This document shows, piece by piece, positions 1 through 8,310 of a DNA stretch of 50,302 bases (positions are counted from its first letter, which is position 1; each line of letters starts with the position of its first letter). The notes beneath the pieces were generated by a model. The model made no database searches. It had not been told where the DNA came from and saw only the letters and a list, made by a program, of their open reading frames with translations. The translations under genes were made by a program, and so were the position numbers. Origin of the DNA: a virus (lineage: Duplodnaviria; Caudoviricetes); the IMG/VR virus record IMGVR_UViG_3300012943_000011, positions 1 to 50,302 of that record; one strand, given 5' to 3'.

Positions 1-123
1 AAATAGTCCTTGTGCCAAAACGTGGCGCTGATGCTAGCGCGCCTTGATCCTTAAGTATCGCTTCAGTGGCCGTAAGCTTATGGCCGCTTAGGTGTTCTAC
101 CGCTGCCTCGATCATGTCCTCAA
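1..123. repeat. Terminal direct repeat, left copy (circular assembly overlap)
   Basis: Bases 1-123 are identical to 50180-50302. Confidence 0.97.
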
Positions 124-436
124 AGTATGGATATCGTATCTTGGGCGGGCCATCTGGCATTAGCTTGACTAGCATAGGCATGCTATTGCCGTTATGAACT
201 TCGCCCTTTAAATGCCGGAGCGTGGCTCCGGGCTGCAATACAAATTCCCTTTCGCCGGCCGCTTGGGCTATTGCCACTCTTGGCGATGGTTCAGCTAGCT
301 TTACCTCTTCGCCGGCTTTCCCGCCTGCCATGCCGAAATAATCCTCCCACACTGGCCTTTCCTCCTTTGGCTTGACTTGGATTAAGTCGCCAAAATGCTC
401 CCTAACCGCCTCTATGAATTCACGGCTGGCTGTCAT
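1..436 (-). CDS. 5' part of a 258-aa coiled-coil hypothetical protein spanning the circular junction (continues 50179 down to 49839)
   Basis: ATG at 436 (MTASREFIEAVREHF...) reads without a stop into MIEAAVEHL..., the start of the 49839..50294 ORF. Confidence 0.75.
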   Translation of the reverse strand, partial: MTASREFIEAVREHFGDLIQVKPKEERPVWEDYFGMAGGKAGEEVKLAEPSPRVAIAQAAGEREFVLQPGATLRHLKGEVHNGNSMPMLVKLMPDGPPKIRYPYFEDMIEAAVEHLSGHKLTATEAILKDQGALASAPRFGTRTI

Positions 437-833
437 TTGGATACTCGCTCGAAATAAGCTCACTAGCCATTTGGAGCGGCAATAACGGCCAATCGTCCCG
501 CGTGATTTCAGCCTCAGCTAGCGATTTCATAAAGCCGCGAAATGAGGCTACAAAAATATCGCCCGGCCCCCATTCATCGCCCGGTTTAATCTGAGCTTCC
601 TTCATGGCCGGATAGACGGCCCCGCCCGCATCTAATAAGGCCTGCGTAGGCATATCGGCCTTGGCCAATGCGGCGCAAATGGCCTTTACAAAGCCAATCT
701 CTGCATTGAAGGCTGTTTCATGCATTTCCTTCAATGGGCACAATCTAGCCGGTGAGCCAAAGCGCTCATTGAGCGAGTTAGCCTCATTAATTAGCACTTG
801 GGCCAATTGCGTTAATAGCTGATATCGCGTCAT
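420..833 (-). CDS. Hypothetical phage protein
   Basis: 137-aa ORF with GGAGG RBS, overlapping the start of the next gene. Confidence 0.65.
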   Translation of the reverse strand: MTRYQLLTQLAQVLINEANSLNERFGSPARLCPLKEMHETAFNAEIGFVKAICAALAKADMPTQALLDAGGAVYPAMKEAQIKPGDEWGPGDIFVASFRGFMKSLAEAEITRDDWPLLPLQMASELISSEYPNDSQP

Positions 834-1048
834 AGCCTATTTTCCTCCGAAAACCATATCTTAGCGCCTATTTTGCTTTTAAATCGTTAAGAGCGGCTAC
901 TAGCTTTAGTCTTTCTAAAGCGAGCCTTTGCAAGTCCCGATTTAATAAATCTTGCTGCTCTTGATTCTTCCGGATGAGGTATTCCGCTACCGCAATTTTG
1001 TTATGCGGGTTTATGTCTAGGATGCATAGATTGCACATTTAGCGCCTC

Positions 1049-1246
1049 TTAAAGCTCGAATATGTCCCTTGCTGCCCGCCAAGCGCATACCCAGCCATAT
1101 TTCACCTTATCCGATTTTAGCTCATGCCAGCCGGGAATAGGATCGCCATTAAAGGCCTTTCCGCCAACTCCCTCGCTATATGCCTCGAATAGCTTTTGAG
1201 CGGCCCAAAGCTCCTCTATGTCGATTTGATCGCCTTCAACCTGCAA
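1049..1246 (-). CDS. Hypothetical phage protein
   Basis: 65-aa ORF, TTG start with GAGG RBS; motif AYSEGVGGKAFNGDPIPGW. Confidence 0.6.
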   Translation of the reverse strand: MQVEGDQIDIEELWAAQKLFEAYSEGVGGKAFNGDPIPGWHELKSDKVKYGWVCAWRAARDIFEL

Positions 1247-1340
1247 ATTGCCTCACTAATACCAGAATTTCAATATCGCCCACATGCCGATTAAGCCTAG
1301 GCCTAATAATAGCATTATATAAGCGTCTAGGTTGTCCATG

Positions 1341-1577
1341 TTACTCAACCCGCCAGCATCTATAGCCGGAATCAGTTTTCCATACTGCGAACTTTTTCCC
1401 GCCCCTTGAGGCCTTATAAGCGCTAGAATGCGCAGAGCGGCCTATTTCTTCAGGAAATAGGAAAGAATCGCCAATCTGCATTTGGGACCATGGGTATTTG
1501 GGCTCCCTATTGCCATTCCGACCGCGTCCAACGCGCCTTGGGATGGGTATGCCCCTTTGTATCCTAATGCGGATCAT
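1341..1577 (-). CDS. Small phage protein (IPIP...KYPW...GDSF type)
   Basis: GGAGG RBS; recurrent small-phage-protein motif ending GYRCWRVE. Confidence 0.7.
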   Translation of the reverse strand: MIRIRIQRGIPIPRRVGRGRNGNREPKYPWSQMQIGDSFLFPEEIGRSAHSSAYKASRGGKKFAVWKTDSGYRCWRVE

Positions 1578-1591
1578 GCTTCCTCCATTTT

Positions 1592-1665
1592 TGGGAGCGG
1601 GGGCCGGAGTTGAACCGGCCTGCGAAGATAATGAGCCTTCTGAGTAACCGCTACTCTACCCCGCA
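1592..1665 (-). tRNA. tRNA-Met(CAT), initiator-like, atypical
   Basis: Cloverleaf with T1:T72 mismatch, D-arm GAGT/ACTC, anticodon arm GAAGG-CTCATTA-TCTTC, T-arm GCCGG-TTCAACT-CCGGC and encoded CCA. Confidence 0.85.
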
Positions 1666-1670
1666 TTACC

Positions 1671-1702
1671 AAAAGAAAAACCGCCAAAGTTGCCCTTGGC
1701 GG
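1671..1702 (-). terminator. Intrinsic terminator ending the putative late leader RNA
   Basis: CCGCCAAGG-GCAA-CTTTGGCGG followed by TTTTTCTTTT on the minus strand. Confidence 0.75.
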
Positions 1703-1891
1703 CCCAAACTTGCATTTTGTGGCGCGGTTGCTTATGCCCCGCATTTTTATTACGCGCCTTATGGCCCCGCAATCTCCGGCCCTATCTTTATCAATTTTTA
1801 ATTAGAGGGCAAGTCGCCGGGTTGGCCTTAACGCGCAAGGGGAAGTTTGTGAAGCAAGTTAGCCACATACGTATTTTTCCACCTTGCCTAT

Positions 1892-1920
1892 AATGTACAA
1901 TAATGGACACGCTTTGTCAA
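1892..1920 (-). promoter_or_regulatory. Sigma70-type promoter (putative late promoter) with CGTGTCCA spacer motif
   Basis: TTGACA-17 bp-TACATT on the minus strand. Confidence 0.7.
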
Positions 1921-1940
1921 CTCATAGTTTTGTTTTTCTG

Positions 1941-2501
1941 TCAAGCGCCTTTTTTATAATCGCCAACATAAATATGCACTAGCAGCATGGCCGCTGTTTT
2001 CGCCTGTCTGATCGCCTCCTCGCTCCAATTTCGGCCGCTCAATTCATGCCAGGGGGCCATTAGATTGAACATGGCGACAATCTGAAGCCGGTATTGCTTA
2101 GGAAGCTTATTTAGCCCCTCCTGAAGCTTGCCGGCTTCCTCTAGCTCTTGCTGGCTTAGAGGTTCAGGCTGTTCACTGCCCCTTACGCCGGAGCCGCTAG
2201 CGTCCACACTGTGCGATTTGCCGGCCGTAATGAGCCATGCTGAAAAAGCCCTATCGAGTGAATAGGCCTCTAGATCGGATAAGGCCTTATCCAGCTTCGT
2301 TAGCCGTTTGGCGAGCGAGCGGCGTCTATAGCCCTCTGGCCGTTCGGATAACTCGTCTATCATCCGCTTTCGCACATGCCAGCTTGTGAGCATGGGCTTA
2401 GCCCTTTGGCGGACAAATACGGCCTCAGGCTCGCAAATGATATCTCTGGCTATCTCCCCATGCTCTATTCGCTTTAGAGTTACGCCTTGATATCGCGTCA
2501 A
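1941..2501 (-). CDS. Hypothetical protein at the Q-antiterminator/late-activator position
   Basis: 186-aa ORF coupled to the helicase, directly upstream of a promoter-leader-terminator unit; function inferred from position only. Confidence 0.55.
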   Translation of the reverse strand: MTRYQGVTLKRIEHGEIARDIICEPEAVFVRQRAKPMLTSWHVRKRMIDELSERPEGYRRRSLAKRLTKLDKALSDLEAYSLDRAFSAWLITAGKSHSVDASGSGVRGSEQPEPLSQQELEEAGKLQEGLNKLPKQYRLQIVAMFNLMAPWHELSGRNWSEEAIRQAKTAAMLLVHIYVGDYKKGA

Positions 2502-4027
2502 GCTGCCTTCTTTCGCTTTGGTTTCTCAGTTTGCGGAATCATATGTTCCGCGCATGGGCTGTAACGGTTTGTTCGGGTTGAAAATGTGAACCATTTCCCG
2601 CCCGGCTTGCCCGATCCTCTAACCCTGGCCTTGTCCACATTTAGAAAGGTGGTTGTTAGAGCCTTGTCCGGCCGGTAGACGGTTAGAATATGGTCCGGCG
2701 CATTAGCCCAATTGGCTGAGCCGGTAATGTTGTATCCGCCCGGAATGATGCCCTCTTTGCCGCTTTCTTTGTCCGGATGAGCGGCCATAATGGTGATGCA
2801 ATAGTAAGCCTGCGCAAAGTTGCGTAGCTCCGCCAGTGATCGGCCAATATACTCTGACTCGTTTTCCCCATAATTCCTTTTGTGCTGAAGTTTATTCCAT
2901 GGGTCAACGCATAACACATCAATGCCAAAACGTCCTTTCGCATCTTGGGCTTGCTGGATAAGCCATTCAATAGTGGCCGGGGCTTTGAGAGGCTGGATTT
3001 CATGGCTGATAAAGACAAAATTTGATTGCATCCATCCATGCGCTTTCTGTAGCGTTTCTTCATCGGCCGCTTCTCCATAAAGCCAGTTGTTAAACCACGG
3101 GAGGATATCTTCCCAATACTCAGCCTCAAATGAGGCTAGCCCGATCTTTAGGCCAGATTGCGCTAAATGCCCCAATATGCCAAACAGCACGTTTGTCTTG
3201 CCGTGGCTAGTGTGGCCGGTCATCACGCATAGTTCACCCGGAAACAGCCTGATATTTTCATCCATTCCCGGAATGCCAACCGGATAATAAACCCTAGGTG
3301 GCCGCCTTGGGATTTCGTTTGGCTGAAATACGCCCTCTAGTCTTAGAGGCTTAGCCTCACGGATAATTCGCCTTAGCTCATCTGGCCCTAGCAGGATTAG
3401 AACTTCATTGAAATCCTTGCATTGGCCGTTTTGCCCGGTAGCCTTTTCGTGTTCTGGCCAATCAATCTCAATACAACGCCATCGGCCGAATATGTCGATA
3501 AGCGTTTTTTTGGTCGTTTCTCCTGCCGCATCATTGTCAAGAGCCAATATGACATGGCCGCCGCCAGATTGGATTCTGGGCCAAGCTTGGCGGATTGAGC
3601 GGAGCTTTCCGGATTGTGCTGGATTTTCTTCATTTGGCTGAACGGCTCCATCTGGTAAACTTGTTACATTGTCATAGCCAACTTCTATGGAGGCTATAGC
3701 GTCAAATTCGCCCTCAGTGAGAATCCATGTTCGGCCAAAGTCCACTCTAGCCAGATTGAATAGCGGGAGATTTTGATTTTTGGGCTTGATTTGTAGCCAA
3801 GGGGAGTCCGATCCTGGCTCATAGGTTTTGCCAATTTTATTCCCGTAAGGGATGTAAATTAGCTGCCGGCCTTGGCGGCCCGTTATAGTCCGGACGCCAG
3901 TCCGGATTGCTCCCTCTAGAATTTGCCTGTCTAAATCGAGGTAAGCTTGATGAGCGGGAATCAGGCGATTTAAGCCAGATACGGCCCTTAGCCCCGCATC
4001 TGAAACATACGTATCCAACTGATTCAC
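2498..4027 (-). CDS. TOPRIM primase + SF4 (DnaB/Twinkle-like) helicase lacking its zinc-binding domain
   Basis: TEGEFDA and ALDND TOPRIM motifs; Walker A GHTSHGKT; VDPWN, AHP and DKAR SF4 motifs. Start is uncertain. Confidence 0.9.
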   Translation of the reverse strand: MNQLDTYVSDAGLRAVSGLNRLIPAHQAYLDLDRQILEGAIRTGVRTITGRQGRQLIYIPYGNKIGKTYEPGSDSPWLQIKPKNQNLPLFNLARVDFGRTWILTEGEFDAIASIEVGYDNVTSLPDGAVQPNEENPAQSGKLRSIRQAWPRIQSGGGHVILALDNDAAGETTKKTLIDIFGRWRCIEIDWPEHEKATGQNGQCKDFNEVLILLGPDELRRIIREAKPLRLEGVFQPNEIPRRPPRVYYPVGIPGMDENIRLFPGELCVMTGHTSHGKTNVLFGILGHLAQSGLKIGLASFEAEYWEDILPWFNNWLYGEAADEETLQKAHGWMQSNFVFISHEIQPLKAPATIEWLIQQAQDAKGRFGIDVLCVDPWNKLQHKRNYGENESEYIGRSLAELRNFAQAYYCITIMAAHPDKESGKEGIIPGGYNITGSANWANAPDHILTVYRPDKALTTTFLNVDKARVRGSGKPGGKWFTFSTRTNRYSPCAEHMIPQTEKPKRKKAA

Positions 4028-4169
4028 TCGTGATTAATACCCTTAGATTCCTCCGCTTTTTGCCCTCACATTCGCCGAAAGGGCAGCGGCATTCATGCCA
4101 TTTGTTTGGCGTTGAATGCCGCAATGTCACGCCTAATTCACTAAGCGCTGTAACGGCGCTTTTTTCCAT
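3837..4169 (-). CDS. Primase zinc-binding domain in a separate reading frame
   Basis: CPFGEC...YVCFRCGAKG, T7/Twinkle-type ZBD; GGA RBS. Confidence 0.75.
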   Translation of the reverse strand: MEKSAVTALSELGVTLRHSTPNKWHECRCPFGECEGKKRRNLRVLITSESVGYVCFRCGAKGRIWLKSPDSRSSSLPRFRQANSRGSNPDWRPDYNGPPRPAANLHPLRE

Positions 4170-4255
4170 TCATATCCTTGTTTGGAATTTTGCTTAAGGA
4201 GCCTAATTAGGCTATAGCTAAAATAGCTCTAGTGATAGTCGGCCTCCGGCCTCCT

Positions 4256-4284
4256 ATTGTGTTTATGGACACGATTTTTGTCAA
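4256..4284 (-). promoter_or_regulatory. Sigma70-type promoter for the replication genes with CGTGTCCA spacer motif
   Basis: TTGACA-17 bp-CACAAT on the minus strand. Confidence 0.65.
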
Positions 4285-4739
4285 TAGGAAAAATCATATC
4301 CCTGATAATTTTTTTTCTCCCATTTTTCCCATTTCGCCATTGTCCATAGTTGGCTTCCTTTTATGCGCATAATGCCGTTATGGTGGTTGCAATATGAGCC
4401 TGTTTCCGGATCGGAGCCGCAAAAGCGAAAATTGCCTTTGTCCAAATCGCCGATAGGGAAGCGGCATCCTCCCGGATCATTTTCCATGGCCTTCATTGCC
4501 TCGAAAGCCCGGTTTGTGTCGCTTGGCTTGACAAATGCGCTGAGCCTTCCTCTGTGGCCCTTTGGGCGCTTTCTTAGAAACTGCCTGAGTTGATAGCCGC
4601 GCCTAGAAAGCGCTTTTCTCATGCCATGATATGGCACGTTTAGCTTTTTCGCCACAAAGGCCGGCTCATCATGCTTGAGCATGGCCAAGGCTGTATCAAC
4701 CAAGGCATCATCCCATTTAGGGCGTCTGTCTATACGCAT
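4281..4739 (-). CDS. gcrA: GcrA-family cell-cycle regulator-like protein
   Basis: N-terminal W...HTH-like segment plus CRFPIGD...FRFCG...YCxHH GcrA C-terminal motif; ATG at 4739 preferred. Confidence 0.8.
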   Translation of the reverse strand: MRIDRRPKWDDALVDTALAMLKHDEPAFVAKKLNVPYHGMRKALSRRGYQLRQFLRKRPKGHRGRLSAFVKPSDTNRAFEAMKAMENDPGGCRFPIGDLDKGNFRFCGSDPETGSYCNHHNGIMRIKGSQLWTMAKWEKWEKKNYQGYDFSY

Positions 4740-4844
4740 TACGCTTGACTTTTTGCTGTGTTTGTGATTTAGCGCGAGAATGGCCGGAACACGGCCGGAA
4801 GTGGCGCTAAGCCGATTAAGCAACAGAACCATTAAAATCCAGTT

Positions 4845-5435
4845 ATGAAGCCTCACAAGAGATTGCAGCTTGCGCGTATAAACTCCGGATTTAGAAGCGG
4901 AAGGGAGGCGAGCGAGCGCTTTAGATGGCCCGCCTCATCCTATAGCCGGCATGAGGCCGGATTATCCAGTTTTCGAAAAATGGCTCATGTATACGCCAAG
5001 GCTTTTGGCGTTACGCCGGATTATCTCCTAGGGAAAGAAAGCCATGAATGGTCTATTCCGATAGTGGATAGCCGGGATTTTGGCACTCTAAACGCCATAG
5101 CCAGGGGGACCGAATTAATCCCTGAGGGTAATTTTTGGGAATGCGGGCCGCGTTCGTTTGGCATGGTCAATCCTGACAATTCCATGACTAGCCCGCATAA
5201 TCGGCGCATCTATCAGGGCGATTTGCTCCTATTCGACCCGGACGCTAATTTCGTGGATGGCTGTTTGGTTTTGGTTATGAGCGGAAATGAGGCTCTATTT
5301 CGCGCTTATGCTTTTCCTACCGCTACGCATTTCACGGCCGTTCCGCTTAATCCGGAATTCCAACGGCGCACATTTAAAGGCCGGCCACTAGCTCGGCTTG
5401 TGTCTGTCATTGTGAACGCTGATACGCTTTTTTAA
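4845..5435 (+). CDS. cI-like repressor (XRE HTH + S24-like domain)
   Basis: RLQLAR...SYSRHEAG...YAKAFGVTPDYLL HTH; DNSM...GDLLLFDP S24-like region. Confidence 0.85.
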   Translation: MKPHKRLQLARINSGFRSGREASERFRWPASSYSRHEAGLSSFRKMAHVYAKAFGVTPDYLLGKESHEWSIPIVDSRDFGTLNAIARGTELIPEGNFWECGPRSFGMVNPDNSMTSPHNRRIYQGDLLLFDPDANFVDGCLVLVMSGNEALFRAYAFPTATHFTAVPLNPEFQRRTFKGRPLARLVSVIVNADTLF

Positions 5436-5438
5436 GCC

Positions 5439-5491
5439 TGTCTCATATTGTCTCATTTTTCTATTGATTGTCTCAGAAAAATGGTTACAAT
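5439..5491 (+). promoter_or_regulatory. Rightward early promoter with three TGTCTCA repeats
   Basis: TTGATT-16 bp-TACAAT; TGTCTCA at 5439, 5449 and 5469. Confidence 0.6.
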
Positions 5492-5544
5492 GGTTGCTGT
5501 CAGGGCGGCTCATGCCGGGCCGCCCCTAAAAGAGGCAACCGGCC

Positions 5545-5811
5545 ATGTATCAGCGCAACATTTCCCACCTTTGCAATCTGGGCTTCAGCGTTAAAGAAGC
5601 TGGCGATTTCTCGCCTAAGGGCTTTATCAACCTTTTCGAGCGGCTTGAAGCCAAGGCCGGCCAAACGGCTTGGGTGAAAGAAATCCTTGTAGCCGAACGG
5701 CGCGATTACATGGCGCGCTTCGCTAAGTCCAATGACAAATTGCGCATCGAGCGGGACCGCGAAATCATCGCGGCTTTCAAGGCTCGCGCCTATGCGGAGG
5801 CTCGCGCTTAA
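5545..5811 (+). CDS. Hypothetical protein
   Basis: 88-aa ORF with AGAGG RBS, first gene of the rightward operon. Confidence 0.6.
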   Translation: MYQRNISHLCNLGFSVKEAGDFSPKGFINLFERLEAKAGQTAWVKEILVAERRDYMARFAKSNDKLRIERDREIIAAFKARAYAEARA

Positions 5812-5955
5812 CATGACGTTGCAAGAGCAAAAGGAATATGAGGATGGGGCGCAGGAATACGCGCTTAGAGCCATCCTGGCGGACAACATAGAGCGCTTTG
5901 GCAAACAGCGCGTATTGGAAATATTGGAATTGGAATTGAAGGCATTGGAAGCGAA

Positions 5956-6753
5956 ATGAGCGCCCGCTGTGAAACGGCCAGGAGAAATCAGCCGGTAATT
6001 GAAAAGGAAGCCTCGCTATACAATGGCGAGGTTACTATCCAGCGCGGTGATTTTGGCCGCAAAAAGCACGCTTATTATTGGGTTGAGAAGGGCTATTTTG
6101 TTCCCGGCGTAACCTCGATTTTGCGCATTTTGGACAAGCCGGCTTTGCTGCCTTGGGCCGCTGGGCTGGCCTCCAAATATGTTCAGGACAATTTGCCGGA
6201 AAACGCCACTAAGCAGCAAATCGCGGAGGTTTGCGAAAAGGCCAAAACCGAATGGCGCTCTGTGCGAGACGCGGCCGGAGATATTGGAACGGCTGTTCAT
6301 GCCTTCGCGGAAAACCTGTTCAAGGGCATTCCTCAGGCTTTGCCGGAAAATCCATTTGTCCAAAATGGCGTTAAAGCCCTTCAAGCTTGGATTGCTGAAA
6401 ACGATATCAAGATTATTGATACGGAATTAGTAGTATTCAGCAAGAAATGCTTTGTGGCGGGAACAATGGACTTGCTGGCTTCCGTTAACGGCAAGCTTAG
6501 CCAAGTTGATCTTAAGACAGGCAAGGGCATCTATCCGGATCACAAATTCCAGACCGGAATATATAAGCGGGCTTGGGAGGAGGAGGCCGGAGAAAAAATA
6601 GAGCAAAATATTATTGTCAATTTGAATAAGCTGAACGGTAAGCCAAAAATCCTTACAATCGACAATCAAGACGAAATGGATTTTCACGCCGATACCTTCC
6701 TACGCATCAAGTCAGTAAACGAAAACCTCAAGAAAATGGGTGAATACGCATGA
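5956..6753 (+). CDS. PD-(D/E)XK exonuclease (recombination)
   Basis: PGVTSIL, GTAVH, E...AGTMDL...VDLKTG...Q...Y motifs. Confidence 0.85.
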   Translation: MSARCETARRNQPVIEKEASLYNGEVTIQRGDFGRKKHAYYWVEKGYFVPGVTSILRILDKPALLPWAAGLASKYVQDNLPENATKQQIAEVCEKAKTEWRSVRDAAGDIGTAVHAFAENLFKGIPQALPENPFVQNGVKALQAWIAENDIKIIDTELVVFSKKCFVAGTMDLLASVNGKLSQVDLKTGKGIYPDHKFQTGIYKRAWEEEAGEKIEQNIIVNLNKLNGKPKILTIDNQDEMDFHADTFLRIKSVNENLKKMGEYA

Positions 6754-7301
6754 ATGGTTACAATCGGCAATATCGCGGCCCAAGCTATGGCAATCGCCAG
6801 CGCGGAGCGGGGGGCAATGGCTATCAGGGCCAGGGCCGCAATCAAGGCAATGGCCAGCCGCGCGAAGATGGCGATTATCCGCCGAACACGGGCCAGCTTA
6901 GCCCGAACGCGCGGGCTAGAAATGATAACGATCCGCACATGAGCGGCGTTATGAATATCGAGATTAACGGCCAGCGCTACACATTCTTCATTTCCGGCTG
7001 GGAAAATAAGCCAGGAATTTTCCGGCTTTCCTTCAATCCGGCTGATGGTAGCGGGGGAGGCCGTTTCCGGCAAAATTCCCCGCAAATAAGAGGGAATTTC
7101 CGCCAGAATGGCCGTTCTAATGGCGGGAGGAATTATCGGCCTCAGAATGGCCAGGACCAAGATAGCTATCAGGAGGATTATCAGCCGCGCCAGAATGGAG
7201 CCATGAGCCGGGCAAGGCCCATTCCGGAGCCGCGCTATGAAGATGGCCCGCCTTCGCCAGATTACTATCCTGATGGCCCGGATGATGCGATTCCGTTCTA
7301 A
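6750..7301 (+). CDS. Putative ssDNA-binding protein
   Basis: Small beta domain (PHMSG...ISGW...LSF), low-complexity G/N/Q/R tails and acidic DDAIPF C-terminus. Confidence 0.7.
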   Translation: MNGYNRQYRGPSYGNRQRGAGGNGYQGQGRNQGNGQPREDGDYPPNTGQLSPNARARNDNDPHMSGVMNIEINGQRYTFFISGWENKPGIFRLSFNPADGSGGGRFRQNSPQIRGNFRQNGRSNGGRNYRPQNGQDQDSYQEDYQPRQNGAMSRARPIPEPRYEDGPPSPDYYPDGPDDAIPF

Positions 7302-7627
7302 TGCTCATCAGTGATCAAGCAATCCAAGGGGCGCTTCGCGTTTTGCATGAAGCGCCCCAACATTTGAGCGTAGCAGTTTATGACGCGCGCAAGGCCGAAA
7401 ACATGCTCAAGGCGGTTAAGTCGCTCGAAATGAAGCGCCATAACAGCCTTTCAGCGGCCGGCCAGGAGCGGGAAGCCTACGCCAGCCCGGCCTATAAAGA
7501 GGCTGTTGAACAGGACGCTATAGCAGGGGCCGCCCTTATAGCGCTTAAGGCCAGGATCGGAGCGGCACAGACAACAATAGACGTTTGGCGGACGGAATCA
7601 GCGACAGAGCGAGCAAGCTACGGCTAA
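7301..7627 (+). CDS. Helical recombination-module protein
   Basis: QEREAYASPAY...IDVWRTESATER; coupled to the SSB-like gene by TAATG. Confidence 0.65.
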   Translation: MLISDQAIQGALRVLHEAPQHLSVAVYDARKAENMLKAVKSLEMKRHNSLSAAGQEREAYASPAYKEAVEQDAIAGAALIALKARIGAAQTTIDVWRTESATERASYG

Positions 7628-7983
7628 ATCCGGAAGTCCAAAATGAGAAGCGGAAACCGCTAACGCGCGCTCAGCGCAAAAGGCTTTGGGAGGAGAAGGG
7701 CCATAGTTGCCTACTTTGCTCAGAGCCGATTGAGGCGAGCGAGCGTTGGATAGATGAACACATAATCCCATTAGGCCTAGGAGGCACAAACGAATGGCAC
7801 AACAGAACGCCGGTTCATTGGCAATGCGCGCTGGAAAAGACGAAAGCGGACCTAAGCAAAATCGCCAAGTCCAAGCGTATAGCCGCAAAGCATCGGGGCG
7901 AGCGCACGGCAAAGCGGCCCATGCCGGGAAGCCGGGCAAGCCGCTGGAAACGCAAGCTCAATGGGGAGGTGATCAAACGCTAA
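7585..7983 (+). CDS. HNH endonuclease
   Basis: CxxC...DEHIIPLGLGG...N...VHxxC...KT. Confidence 0.85.
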   Translation: MADGISDRASKLRLNPEVQNEKRKPLTRAQRKRLWEEKGHSCLLCSEPIEASERWIDEHIIPLGLGGTNEWHNRTPVHWQCALEKTKADLSKIAKSKRIAAKHRGERTAKRPMPGSRASRWKRKLNGEVIKR

Positions 7984-8225
7984 TCACTTGGGAAATGCGT
8001 TGCCCCGATCTAGGCCATAATGAATGGGCGCGCTTTTCTGGCCCGCCCGATGCATGGCGCACTGTGAGAGCTTGGGCGGAGGCCTTAGACCATGATGAAG
8101 CCCGGCCGATTGGCTGGGGCAAAGAAGTTGAAATAGAGGCCCGCCGATGGGGCCGGAGCAATGTTGAGAAGTTCAAGGTAACGGGCGAAATCCGCTACAG
8201 GTATCACGTGAAAGCCACGACTTAG
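7983..8225 (+). CDS. Hypothetical phage protein (start uncertain, possibly ATC)
   Basis: GGAGGT RBS, then TAATC overlap with the HNH stop; TWEMRCPDLG...WAE...F.V.GE...Y. Confidence 0.55.
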   Translation: MTWEMRCPDLGHNEWARFSGPPDAWRTVRAWAEALDHDEARPIGWGKEVEIEARRWGRSNVEKFKVTGEIRYRYHVKATT

Positions 8226-8310
8226 CCACAAGTCTGAATTTTTAGCTTGAAATTAACAGAAGGCCATCTAGCTTGTTGGCCTTCTAACTTTATCAGGGGA
8301 GATTCCCGTT

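Noticed and set aside
820-2501. Two genes both beginning MTRYQ (shared TGACGCGATATCA)
   Set aside because: Only 13 bp with no further similarity; chance cannot be excluded.
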